64,000 bases of DNA from Clostridiaceae bacterium (GCA_012838235.1 DUPQ01000070.1:13454-77453), one strand, 5' to 3'. Counted from the stretch's first letter, positions 23,545 to 32,123 are shown. Program-made: numbers and translations. Notes: a model not told the origin generated them from the letters alone.

Positions 23545-23676
23545 AGACGGAAACAATAAATATTTGGTTGGAAATCGGAAGAGATGAAAACAAAACTGCA
23601 AAAGCAATCGGATAAACTGCTTAAGGTTTAGATAACCGACAAATATCTTCAAAGTGTTCTATAACTGAAAATCGCA

Positions 23677-23704
23677 TTGATTATACTTGCAGTAATGGTA
23701 TAAT
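23677..23704 (+). promoter_or_regulatory. Sigma-70-type promoter (TTGATT, 16 nt spacer, TGgTATAAT)
   Basis: TTGATT at 23677-23682, TG at 23696-23697, TATAAT at 23699-23704. About 38 nt upstream of the lipoprotein ATG. Confidence 0.5.
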
Positions 23705-23741
23705 GACTTTGTCAATTTTTTATCACTAATAGGAGGAAAGA

Positions 23742-24062
23742 ATGAAAAAAAGAATAATAAAGGGAATTATACTGTCCGTGCTGTGTCTTATATTGCTTGC
23801 ATCGCTGACATCGTGTGCAATGGGGCTTAGCGGAACATACAAGAAAGGTACCGATTTGGCATACGAAACCTACAGATTCAGCGGTAATAAATTTTACTAT
23901 GAAGTGGGTGCACTGGGTGTAAAAGTAGGCGGTCACGAAGGCACGTATAAGATAAAAGACGGGAAGATTACTTTTATCTATGACGACAGTGAGCATAGTT
24001 ATAAATTTGAGAAAGGCAAAGACTATATAATAATCAACGGTGCTTCCTATGACAAGAAGTAG
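23742..24062 (+). CDS. Small lipoprotein
   Basis: 106 aa. Signal peptide with lipobox LLASLTSC. AGGAGGAAAG RBS. Confidence 0.7.
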   Translation: MKKRIIKGIILSVLCLILLASLTSCAMGLSGTYKKGTDLAYETYRFSGNKFYYEVGALGVKVGGHEGTYKIKDGKITFIYDDSEHSYKFEKGKDYIIINGASYDKK

Positions 24063-24112
24063 GGAAGAGGAGTAATTGATTTAAACAGAATACAAAAGTA
24101 AATTCAGTTAAC

Positions 24113-24141
24113 AAAAAAAGAGCTTTTATAAGCTCTTTTTT
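24113..24141. terminator. Bidirectional rho-independent terminator
   Basis: AAAAAAAGAGCTT-TTAT-AAGCTCTTTTTT. Near-identical to the hairpin at 24422-24447. Confidence 0.7.
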
Positions 24142-24421
24142 GTAAGCAGATTAGTCTTAAAATCTTCTTCTGCAATCTCCATTTCCTCAGTAATCTATCC
24201 GATTGTCGGCAAGTGCTTTCCGATACAATTTGCCGCTTAAGTGCGTAGCCGTTTTCTCCTTGTATAACTTAAATCTTAAACTTACCCATTAACTCTCCCA
24301 TTAACTTACCCATAGCATATCAAATGAACGGTTAAAGGCAATACTTTTGATATCATTAAAAACCTGATTTTTAGTATATAGTACATATTATTGTATTTTT
24401 TGTTCAGAATGAAATGCTGAC

Positions 24422-24447
24422 AAAAAGAGCTTATATAAGCTCTTTTT
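24422..24447. terminator. Bidirectional rho-independent terminator
   Basis: AAAAAGAGCTT-ATAT-AAGCTCTTTTT. Lies just downstream of the stop of the minus-strand gene ending at 24489. Confidence 0.7.
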
Positions 24448-24488
24448 GCGGAGGGAGTTATCCTTTCGGATATGAGCTGTTCTGTGTA

Positions 24489-25799
24489 CTATTTGTCTTC
24501 TGTGACAAGATTAAAGCCCATTATCTTGAAGAGGTAAATAAATTCTTTAGTGTAGTTTCCGAATACGGTAACTCTGTGCCATTGAGGCATCCAGTTGTTA
24601 AGTATTTCTTCGGATTTACAAAGTGCGGCTAACTTGCTTCTGCAACCGGCATCTCCTCCGTAATTGCCTACCGATACTGCCGAATGTATACATGCAGTCT
24701 TATCAACGTTATTTATATTCACCGTTGTCAGTTGTTCGTTGGCGGGGAATATGACTTGTACCGCAGCTCCTTTTTTATCTTCAGCATGACTCCTTATATA
24801 GTACTTACATAACCTTTTATCCTGCTCTCCGAAAAGCTTTCTGCAGGAGACGCAATGAGCATAAATAATCTGGTCGGATGATGTATCTATAACGGGATCG
24901 GATACAAAACCGTATCTTCCGGTTATGGCTTTTGTAAATATTGAGGTTATTGTGGAATCAATGTCCGCTTCGCATACTCCTACATAACCGTCTTCGCACA
25001 TCTGGAAAAATGCCAGGCAGGGATACATATGTAAGTTGTTGCCATATATATCGTTATATGACAGACTTAAACAGTCTATTGTTACGGCATCCGCCTTCTT
25101 TTCTTTGTACATTTCCATGATTGCAAGATAGAGTTTTGCACTTTCCGAAACATCCTGATTTGTCGCTTCCAATACACCTTCGGATTGTGAAATCCATTTA
25201 TCTTTTATAACTTCAGCATCAATGTCCTTGATATTCTTATAACGCTTCATCAATTCTTCGGAATTACAATTGATAAAGGTGCAGCCCCATATTTTTTCAG
25301 CAGCAGCTTGTGTCTCTTTATCAATATTGTTACTAACCACTAATATTCTTGATTGTTTAACCTTCTTTATTCCGACAAATACTCTTACGGCTTTTGCTAT
25401 ATCATTAAAGTTTGCAGATGCAATAACCGGAACGGGAAGGTGTTCTTCACGTACCGTGTGTATAGATCTTACCAACACCGAACCGCTACCGCAAAAAGGT
25501 ATATCCGCTATAATGCACGGTAACCCTTCTTTTGCTTTTCTTGCATAAAAAACATCTAAATTAATCCAGTTGGTCATAAGTAAAACAAGAACGCCGTCAT
25601 ACTTTTTTAAATCATCGGGATAGGCAGTTTCCGCTTGTGATACATGCGTATACTTGAATACATCAAACTCCATATCTGTATTTTGGGAGAGTACATTAAG
25701 AACCGACTGTGTCTCTTTTTCGTAATCATAGTTAATATGCGGCCATCCCGGAACATCTTTCTTTTTTGTCTGTACAACCACTTTTATCTTTGTTTTCAT
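24489..25799 (-). CDS. Putative sugar isomerase (L-fucose/L-arabinose isomerase-like)
   Basis: Track ORF is 440 aa from 25811. The second ATG (MKTKIKVVV, 25799) follows GAGGTGG. GVCEADIDSTITSIF resembles the (A/V)CE(G/A)D metal-site motif. QWHRVTVFGNY resembles the HH..x.GD tail of this family. Divergent AraC regulator next door. The functional call is tentative. Confidence 0.55.
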   Translation of the reverse strand: MKTKIKVVVQTKKKDVPGWPHINYDYEKETQSVLNVLSQNTDMEFDVFKYTHVSQAETAYPDDLKKYDGVLVLLMTNWINLDVFYARKAKEGLPCIIADIPFCGSGSVLVRSIHTVREEHLPVPVIASANFNDIAKAVRVFVGIKKVKQSRILVVSNNIDKETQAAAEKIWGCTFINCNSEELMKRYKNIKDIDAEVIKDKWISQSEGVLEATNQDVSESAKLYLAIMEMYKEKKADAVTIDCLSLSYNDIYGNNLHMYPCLAFFQMCEDGYVGVCEADIDSTITSIFTKAITGRYGFVSDPVIDTSSDQIIYAHCVSCRKLFGEQDKRLCKYYIRSHAEDKKGAAVQVIFPANEQLTTVNINNVDKTACIHSAVSVGNYGGDAGCRSKLAALCKSEEILNNWMPQWHRVTVFGNYTKEFIYLFKIMGFNLVTEDK

Positions 25800-25940
25800 T
25801 TTCCACCTCATAGATTATTCATTCTCGGAAATGCAACTGATATCCTCTTTATTTAATCACTTTAATATCCCGTATCCTATTCACTTATACGGCTGATTAT
25901 TGTATTATTACGTCATAAATACTTTTTAGGGGCTTTTGCA

Positions 25941-26735
25941 ATGTTGGATATCGAAAATTATGATATAAGTATAAATTCCTGTGCGTTTACAAAATGTGAT
26001 GAACATTGGAACTGGGTTACCGCAAAACAGGGATTCAAAGATTATGACCTTTGGTTTATAACGGGGGGAAAGGGATATATAGAATACCTCGGTAATAAAT
26101 ATGAACTGCATGAAGGAAAATGTTTTTTACTGGCTCCCAATGTTCAATATGTCGCATATCATGATATAGCCGATATGTTATCCGTTATACATATACATTT
26201 TGATTTTGTTAAGAACGGAATGAAAGCATATCCTTTCGGAGTAATTGATTCTCATACCGGTAGCACAAACCTTATTATCCGGTCATTGGAGTATGTTATG
26301 TTTTTATACAACATCAAAGATTATCAAAGAGCATATATCTGGTTTAAAGCGGTATTGTGCGATCTGTTCGGAGAATGTGCATCAGCAAATGACGGTATCG
26401 ATAAAGGTATTCATGAAGTCATCTACTCAATATGCAGGGTAATAGGCAACTCGGTAAACATACCCAATCTTGCGGAGTTTGCAGAGCAATACAGTTATTC
26501 GGTTTCTTACTTAGGTAAGATGTTTACTAAGATTACCGGTATGTCCTACACAGATTATGTCAATCACACAAAATTGAACAAGGCAAAGGTATTGCTCTGT
26601 TCCACAAACAAAAGTCTTAGCCGGATTGCCGAAAAAACCGGCTACTACGATGCCAGTTACTTTTCCAGGCAGTTCAAAAAGAGTACCGGAATATCACCCG
26701 GTAAGTTCAGAAAAAACAGTACCGGATTGGAGTAA
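25941..26735 (+). CDS. AraC-family transcriptional regulator (cupin plus HTH_18)
   Basis: 264 aa. C-terminal SVSYLGKMFTKITGMSYTDYVNHTKLNKAKVLLCSTNKSLSRIAEKTGYYDASYFSRQFKKSTGISPGKFRK. Confidence 0.9.
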   Translation: MLDIENYDISINSCAFTKCDEHWNWVTAKQGFKDYDLWFITGGKGYIEYLGNKYELHEGKCFLLAPNVQYVAYHDIADMLSVIHIHFDFVKNGMKAYPFGVIDSHTGSTNLIIRSLEYVMFLYNIKDYQRAYIWFKAVLCDLFGECASANDGIDKGIHEVIYSICRVIGNSVNIPNLAEFAEQYSYSVSYLGKMFTKITGMSYTDYVNHTKLNKAKVLLCSTNKSLSRIAEKTGYYDASYFSRQFKKSTGISPGKFRKNSTGLE

Positions 26736-26853
26736 TTGTTTATAAATATTGAAGTATGCTATATGACTTATGCTTAAGTATATTTTTCGACCGGTTGCTA
26801 AAAAACTGCTTTGAATTAATAACTCGTAACTATGTTGAGACAATCTGTTTAAA

Positions 26854-27372
26854 TTATCTTCTATGCTTAAGCTTAATTTTTTCTCCGTCATTCTCGAATA
26901 TGGAATACTTATTCCTTGCTTTCCTGGACCAAAATTTTTCTATATTAAAACTATGTTTCACCAAACAATCAGTAACATTATTGCATTTACAAAAGTCTCT
27001 TTTAAAATCCTTATTGGATTTTGATTGTAATAAATCTTTAATTTCACTTATATCAGTTGCATATTTTATTTCATCTTCAAGGTTGTTAACTTGCGGTATA
27101 AGGATAACGTCCTTTACATGGGAAGATTTCTTTAATTTCCCAGTATTGTCCTTTAGCCTTTCGACCAATTTCATATCATCAACATCCGTATCGAAAACAA
27201 TAATCAATATTGTAAAAGGCTTAATTGTTTTAATAAAACCGGAAGGAATATCTTTTTCCAGCAAATTGATTTTAGTAATCCTTCCCGATTGAATGTATTT
27301 CTGTCTTATTGCGCGAATTAAACATGCTTCCGTTTCTCCCTCTACAAAATAGTTATAGTTTATGTTACTCAT
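26854..27372 (-). CDS. RloB/AbiLii-like small TOPRIM-type protein
   Basis: 172 aa, overlaps the upstream ATPase gene by 8 nt. YFVEGETEACLI (TOPRIM Glu) and ILIIVFDTDVDD (DxD). Confidence 0.65.
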   Translation of the reverse strand: MSNINYNYFVEGETEACLIRAIRQKYIQSGRITKINLLEKDIPSGFIKTIKPFTILIIVFDTDVDDMKLVERLKDNTGKLKKSSHVKDVILIPQVNNLEDEIKYATDISEIKDLLQSKSNKDFKRDFCKCNNVTDCLVKHSFNIEKFWSRKARNKYSIFENDGEKIKLKHRR

Positions 27373-28465
27373 CGCAAAACTCTCCTAAATCCCATAACTG
27401 ACTTAAGTCGGGTGTAGTTCCGAATACATCATTTACAAAAGCATTTCTGATGGAAATATCGTTTTTCTTTATAAAGTCACTCGGATATACAGCTTCTATA
27501 TTTTCATCCTTTTTTAAGAAAGTAAAAGAATGCACCGGTAAATCCATGTCCAGTAGATCAAGGTTATGAGAAGTAAAAAACAGTTGTTCAAGGGGGCCCA
27601 GTTTGTCAATCATTATTCCCAGTAGAAATTGCTCTATATCGGTCTGTATAAAAGTAAACTTCTCATCAACATAATAAAAACCGTGCATGCCTTTGCATAT
27701 TGAACTTATCACATAAGATATATCTATTCCCATTTTTGTTCCGCTGGATAAAATATCTTCAATTATTTTCCCGTTTTGAATAAAAACATCCCCGTTACGA
27801 CTTCTTATAACATAAGAATTTTCTACTTCATCGCTTTTTTGAACATCGGTTATTGAAGTATCCAAAGTTTTTAAGACTCGTTTAAGTATATCCAATGAAA
27901 GCACATCTTTATCAATCCTTATATCGGTGTTACCGATATCGGGAAAAGTAAAATGCCATCCGAAGCTTTTAATAGAATCCAATACATCCAATGAACTCTT
28001 GTTATCGTCTTTTACTTTAACCTGTTCCAACTTTCTTACACAAATCTCATATGAATCTCTCCTGCCTATAGGGGCAGTGTAAACTTCCAATGACAGTTTC
28101 GGTTCCGCTTCTTTCTTGTCGCTGCGTTCTAAACTGCAATTAACGCGGTACAGCATTTCCTCATCACGTAAAAAATCGATTGAAAAAAATGCTTTCCTTT
28201 TTTTGTCTTTTACTGATTCAAAAAGTCTACCGGGGCTTTTATATGCGATAAAATTAAATATATGCATCATGGCTTTACCTAATGTAGTTTTACCTGAAGC
28301 ATTCACACCGAGGAGAATGTTTACTTTTTTGAACCGAAAATTAGTTTTGTTCGGTAAAAATTCACCTTTAATTGTGGAATTTACAATTTTACGCGGATAG
28401 GAAAAATTAATCTTAAAATCATCGAAACCCAGTAAATTATCTAACTCAAGATTCATTACTACCAT
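27365..28465 (-). CDS. AAA_21/ABC-type ATPase (AbiLi-like)
   Basis: Track ORF is 372 aa from 28483. ATG at 28465 (MVVMNLELDN) lies 8 nt after AGGAGG. Walker A LLGVNASGKTTLGKAM. C-terminal LFFTSHNLDLLDMDL (D-loop/H-motif region). Confidence 0.8.
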   Translation of the reverse strand: MVVMNLELDNLLGFDDFKINFSYPRKIVNSTIKGEFLPNKTNFRFKKVNILLGVNASGKTTLGKAMMHIFNFIAYKSPGRLFESVKDKKRKAFFSIDFLRDEEMLYRVNCSLERSDKKEAEPKLSLEVYTAPIGRRDSYEICVRKLEQVKVKDDNKSSLDVLDSIKSFGWHFTFPDIGNTDIRIDKDVLSLDILKRVLKTLDTSITDVQKSDEVENSYVIRSRNGDVFIQNGKIIEDILSSGTKMGIDISYVISSICKGMHGFYYVDEKFTFIQTDIEQFLLGIMIDKLGPLEQLFFTSHNLDLLDMDLPVHSFTFLKKDENIEAVYPSDFIKKNDISIRNAFVNDVFGTTPDLSQLWDLGEFCDE

Positions 28466-28481
28466 AAAATTGACCTCCTGC

Positions 28482-28516
28482 ATGATATAAGTTCCAATTA
28501 TTAGAACTTATATCAT
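28482..28516 (-). promoter_or_regulatory. 13-bp perfect inverted repeat immediately upstream of the ATPase RBS
   Basis: ATGATATAAGTTC-(9 nt)-GAACTTATATCAT. Candidate operator or 5-prime UTR hairpin. Confidence 0.45.
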
Positions 28517-28692
28517 TTTAATACTGTTTTTTTCCTTTGTCAAGTTTTTAATCTATCGTTTTTGTTACTATTCACTGCCATTGCACCGCACCCCAAAAGG
28601 GTAACACTTTTCAACGAAAAATTACGCACATAAAAAACAACCAAGATTTATCCTGATTGTCTTGCTTATTTTGAATTACCTGAAATATTTGA

Positions 28693-28861
28693 CTTCCACT
28701 TCGCTTTACTTTTGAACGCATTTTTGCTATCATACTTTCAGATAACAGATAGGAGAAAGCCTATGTTCTTCTCCATCTGTTCCGAAAGAAAACACAGAAA
28801 ACTCCTCGCCGGGAGATTTAAAAAGCTAAGACAAAACAATCGGATTGCAGAAAAGTGGTGA
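28693..28861 (+). pseudogene. Decayed Gp49/HigB-like (RelE superfamily) toxin remnant
   Basis: My own translation gives, in one frame, LPLRFTFERIFAIILSDNR*EKAYVLLHLFRKKTQKTPRREI*. The LLH.F.KKTQKTP..EI motif is typical of phage Gp49-like toxins that pair with this class of XRE antitoxin. The frame is interrupted by TAG and a premature TAA. The tail continues in another frame (KKLRQNNRIAEKW*), ending 6 nt before the antitoxin ATG. Confidence 0.55.
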
Positions 28862-28867
28862 CAAACT

Positions 28868-29173
28868 ATGACTACTTGGGCAGATTATAAAAATAATGTA
28901 AGAGAAACTAATCCTGAAATCGGAAAAGATATTGACGAAGTTGAAGCGATTTCAAAAATTGTCGGTGCTATGATTGAGCGCCGCCATGACCTTGAACTTT
29001 CTCAAAGAGAACTTGCCGATATGTGCGGCATACCGCATTCTTCCGTTGCCAGAATTGAATCCGGGAGCAGTACTCCGAATCTTCGGACACTTTTGAAAAT
29101 ATTCCGAGAACTCGGTTTAAATTTAGTTGCAGAACCCGCAGTAGGTTCTTCTCCTAACGATGTGAGCCTGTAA
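28868..29173 (+). CDS. XRE-family HTH antitoxin (HigA-like)
   Basis: 101 aa. LSQRELADMCGIPHSSVARIESGSSTPNLRTLLKIFRELGLNL, with the N-terminal W.DYK extension typical of antitoxins partnered with Gp49-like toxins. Confidence 0.8.
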   Translation: MTTWADYKNNVRETNPEIGKDIDEVEAISKIVGAMIERRHDLELSQRELADMCGIPHSSVARIESGSSTPNLRTLLKIFRELGLNLVAEPAVGSSPNDVSL

Positions 29174-29257
29174 TAATATTGCAAAATTATTTAACCAAAC
29201 ATGGAATTTGCTAATAATAAGTTTTTCTGCTTTTTCATAGCATTTATTAAAAAACTG

Positions 29258-29286
29258 TTGACAACAGGAATAACAGGTGGTATTCT
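29258..29286 (+). promoter_or_regulatory. Sigma-70-type promoter of the feo operon (TTGACA, 17 nt spacer, TATTCT)
   Basis: TTGACA at 29258-29263, a 17-nt spacer, TATTCT at 29281-29286. Confidence 0.5.
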
Positions 29287-29292
29287 TTAACA

Positions 29293-29310
29293 GGTTAGCG
29301 ACTGCTAACC
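29293..29310 (+). promoter_or_regulatory. Palindrome GGTTAGC-GACT-GCTAACC at the feo transcription start region (operator or RNA hairpin)
   Basis: Perfect 7-bp arms, starting 7 bp downstream of the predicted -10. A second copy lies at 29795-29811. Confidence 0.5.
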
Positions 29311-29329
29311 ATGTGTGAAAGAGGGTGCT

Positions 29330-29548
29330 ATGATGCCGTTGATATCAGTTAAGAACGGGGAAAAAGCGGTTATAAAAAAGGTTACCGGAAGTAATGAAGT
29401 AAGGAAGTATTTAACCGACTTGGGATTCGTTGAGGGGTCGGATATTTGCGTTATTACGGAAATAATGGGTAATATGATTGTAAACATAAAAGAATGCAGA
29501 ATTGCCTTAAACAGGGAATTGGCTTCGAAAATAATGGTGGAGGTTTAA
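29330..29548 (+). CDS. feoA: FeoA-family protein
   Basis: Track ORF starts at GTG 29315; ATG 29330/29333 follows GAGGG. MPLISVKNGEKAVIKKVTGSNEVRKYLTDLGFVEGSDICV. Confidence 0.85.
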   Translation: MMPLISVKNGEKAVIKKVTGSNEVRKYLTDLGFVEGSDICVITEIMGNMIVNIKECRIALNRELASKIMVEV

Positions 29549-29554
29549 AGAAAT

Positions 29555-29776
29555 ATGGAAACATTGGATAAGGTAAAGGCGGGACAAAGCGTTACTGTCA
29601 GAAAAATACGCGGCACGGGCCCGGTAAAGAAGCGACTGATGGATATGGGGATAACTCAGGGGACAGAAATAACGGTAGTAAAATTGGCACCGTTGGGTGA
29701 TCCGATTGAAATGAAGTTAAGAGGATATGATCTTTCTATCAGAAAAGCCGATGCCGAGCTGGTAGAGGTGGAATAG
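29555..29776 (+). CDS. feoA: FeoA-family protein
   Basis: 73 aa. LDKVKAGQSVTVRKIRGTGPVKKRLMDMGITQGTEITVVKLAPLGDPIEMKLRGYDLSIRKADA. Confidence 0.85.
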   Translation: METLDKVKAGQSVTVRKIRGTGPVKKRLMDMGITQGTEITVVKLAPLGDPIEMKLRGYDLSIRKADAELVEVE

Positions 29777-29794
29777 TAAATTTTTTTAACATAA

Positions 29795-29811
29795 GGTTAG
29801 CAAACGCTAAC
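29795..29811 (+). promoter_or_regulatory. Second copy of the GGTTAGC-N4-GCTAAC palindrome, between feoA2 and feoB
   Basis: GGTTAGC-AAAC-GCTAAC(T), immediately upstream of the feoB RBS AAAGGAGGG. Confidence 0.45.
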
Positions 29812-29826
29812 TAAAGGAGGGAAAAG

Positions 29827-31962
29827 ATGAAAATAGCGATAGCAGGTAATCCCAACAGCGGTAAAACAACTTTATTCAATGCGCTTACGGGATTAAATCA
29901 GTTTGTGGGTAACTGGCCCGGAGTTACCGTAGAGAAAAAAGAAGGTAAGCTGAAAAAGAAGAAAAATGTACACATTATGGATCTTCCGGGAATATATTCA
30001 CTGTCACCTTATTCATTGGAAGAAATAATTGCAAGAGATTATCTGGTCAATGAAAGACCCGATGTGATAATTAATATTATTGACGGAACCAATCTGGAGC
30101 GCTCATTGTATCTTACAACTCAGTTGGCAGAACTGGGCATACCCATGGTCATAGCCGTCAATATGATGGATTCTGTGGATAAGGCGGGAGATAAGCTGGA
30201 TACGAAAAAATTGTCGGAACAGTTAGGTTATCCTGTTGTAGGGATATCCGCACTGAAAAAGCGTAATATTCAGCAACTGATAAAGGAAACCTTAAAAGCC
30301 GGGGAAGATAAAGGGTCCGTACCCGTTATGAAGTTCAACAGTGTAGCGGAAGAGGCTATTACAGGTATTAAAGAGATTGTAGGTAGTAAAGCCGACGGCA
30401 TAAATGACAGATGGCTGGCAGTAAAATTCTTTGAAAGAGATGAAAAAGTATCCGATACGTATAAATTGAACAAAAGTGAAGCGGAAGCAGTAGAAAAGTA
30501 TATCAAAAAGTGTGAAGAGAAACTGGATGACACCTCGGAAAGTATAATTGCAAATGAAAGATATAAATATGCGGCAAAAGTTGCATCTTCCAGTTTTGTA
30601 AAGAAGGATAAAGGGGCACTTACGGTAACCGATAAGATAGATAAAGTGGTTACCAACAGATTTCTTGCCCTCCCCATATTTGTAGTTGTTATGTTTATCG
30701 TGTACTTCGTATCGGTTACAACCGTAGGCGCAATTGTTACCGACTGGACCAACGAAGTGTTATTCGCTGAACTGATAGCTCCGGGAGTGGAAGATTGGCT
30801 TGTAAGTATAAATACCGCAGACTGGCTGACAGGCCTTATAGTAGACGGTATTATAGGGGGTGTAGGTGCGGTATTGGGATTTGTTCCCCAGATGTTTGTA
30901 CTGTTCTTATTCCTTGCTTTTTTGGAAGCTTGCGGATATATGGCAAGAATTGCCTTTATACTGGACAGATTATTCAGAAAATTCGGCTTGTCCGGTAAGT
31001 CTTTCATACCCATGCTTATAGGTACGGGCTGTTCGGTACCGGGTATAATGGCAAGCAGAACCATTGAGAATGAAAGAGACAGAAAGATGACGATTATAAC
31101 AAGCATTTTCATGCCGTGCGGTGCCAAACTCCCCATAATCGCCCTTATAGCCGGTGCTTTGTTCAACGAGGCATGGTGGGTAGCTCCCAGTGCATATTTT
31201 ATGGGAATAGCAGCGGTAATAATCTCCGGTATAATACTTAAAAAGACCAAGCCGTTTGCAGGAGATCCTTCACCTTTCGTAATGGAACTTCCGGCATATC
31301 GTTGGCCTACAGTGGGAAATGTTCTGAAATCCATGTGGGAAAGAGGCTGGTCCTTTATTAAAAAGGCCGGTACCGTAGTACTGTTATCCAGCATATTCAT
31401 ATGGTTTACCTCTTCATTCGGTATTATTGAAGGTAAATTTACAATGGTGGAAGACCTTTCCGACGGTTTTCTTTCCAAGATAGGTACAGCCTTGGCATGG
31501 ATATTTAAGCCTTTAGGATTCGGTGAATGGAGATTAACCGTAGCTACCATTATGGGATTGGTAGCAAAAGAAAATGTAGTATCCACAATCGGAATACTTT
31601 ACGGATTTGCCGAAGTTTCCGAAAGCGGAGAAGAAATATGGGAGCTTTTAGCAGCTTCATATACACAAATAGCCGCCTACTCATACTTGGCATTCAACCT
31701 TCTGTGTGCTCCCTGTTTTGCGGCAATCGGTGCTACAAAAAGAGAGATGAACAGCGGCAAATGGACATGGTTTGCAGTAGGATATCAAACCGTATTTGCT
31801 TATGCGGTAGCCTTGATTATTTATCAGATAGGAACATTGATATCCACAGGCGCATTCGGTTTATGGACCGTAATAGCATTTATTGTATTAGGTTTAATGC
31901 TGTACTTACTGTTCAGGCCTCAACCTAAAAGAAGTTTAACGGGTGAAAGGATAACGGCATGA
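29827..31962 (+). CDS. feoB: Ferrous iron transporter FeoB
   Basis: 711 aa. G-domain IAIAGNPNSGKTTLFNALTG, DLPGIYSL, NMMD. Polytopic C-terminal permease. Confidence 0.95.
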   Translation: MKIAIAGNPNSGKTTLFNALTGLNQFVGNWPGVTVEKKEGKLKKKKNVHIMDLPGIYSLSPYSLEEIIARDYLVNERPDVIINIIDGTNLERSLYLTTQLAELGIPMVIAVNMMDSVDKAGDKLDTKKLSEQLGYPVVGISALKKRNIQQLIKETLKAGEDKGSVPVMKFNSVAEEAITGIKEIVGSKADGINDRWLAVKFFERDEKVSDTYKLNKSEAEAVEKYIKKCEEKLDDTSESIIANERYKYAAKVASSSFVKKDKGALTVTDKIDKVVTNRFLALPIFVVVMFIVYFVSVTTVGAIVTDWTNEVLFAELIAPGVEDWLVSINTADWLTGLIVDGIIGGVGAVLGFVPQMFVLFLFLAFLEACGYMARIAFILDRLFRKFGLSGKSFIPMLIGTGCSVPGIMASRTIENERDRKMTIITSIFMPCGAKLPIIALIAGALFNEAWWVAPSAYFMGIAAVIISGIILKKTKPFAGDPSPFVMELPAYRWPTVGNVLKSMWERGWSFIKKAGTVVLLSSIFIWFTSSFGIIEGKFTMVEDLSDGFLSKIGTALAWIFKPLGFGEWRLTVATIMGLVAKENVVSTIGILYGFAEVSESGEEIWELLAASYTQIAAYSYLAFNLLCAPCFAAIGATKREMNSGKWTWFAVGYQTVFAYAVALIIYQIGTLISTGAFGLWTVIAFIVLGLMLYLLFRPQPKRSLTGERITA

Positions 31963-32123
31963 AAGAGTTTATATTAGAAAACCTTGCAACCGTTATTATC
32001 TCCCTTGTACTGTTATCGGTTGTAACCTTAATTGTTGTAAGTATGATAAGAAACAAAAAGAAAAACAAGAGCATATGTGCAGGTTGCCCCATGGCGGGTA
32101 ACTGCTCAAAAGGTAAAGGATAA
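31959..32123 (+). CDS. FeoB-associated Cys-rich small membrane protein
   Basis: Not in the track (54 aa). My own translation is MKEFILENLATVIISLVLLSVVTLIVVSMIRNKKKNKSICAGCPMAGNCSKGKG. ATGA overlap with the feoB stop. Confidence 0.7.
   Translation: MKEFILENLATVIISLVLLSVVTLIVVSMIRNKKKNKSICAGCPMAGNCSKGKG

Noticed and set aside
24142-24420. Tiny ORFs between the twin terminators (e.g. MGKLMGELMGKFKI; MEIAEEDFKTNLLTKKSL)
   Set aside because: They are very short, lack convincing RBS and have no known motif. They are recorded only as possible decay products.
26756-27292. 178-aa plus-strand ORF opposite the RloB-like gene
   Set aside because: The minus-strand ORF has TOPRIM-like motifs and an 8-nt coupling overlap with the upstream ATPase. 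The plus-strand product (Leu/Phe/Ser-rich) has no recognisable features.
29293-29310. Calling the feo palindrome a canonical DtxR/IdeR box or a Fur box
   Set aside because: The GGTTAG half-sites are separated by more bases than in the 19-bp DtxR consensus. There is no GATAATGATAATCATTATC-like Fur pattern. It is kept only as an unassigned operator or hairpin.
30270-31586. 438-aa ORF on the minus strand inside feoB
   Set aside because: It is fully antisense to a clearly genuine FeoB gene. The translated product is low-complexity (Ser/Thr/Pro/Ile-rich) with no motifs. This is a typical shadow ORF of a biased-composition membrane gene.
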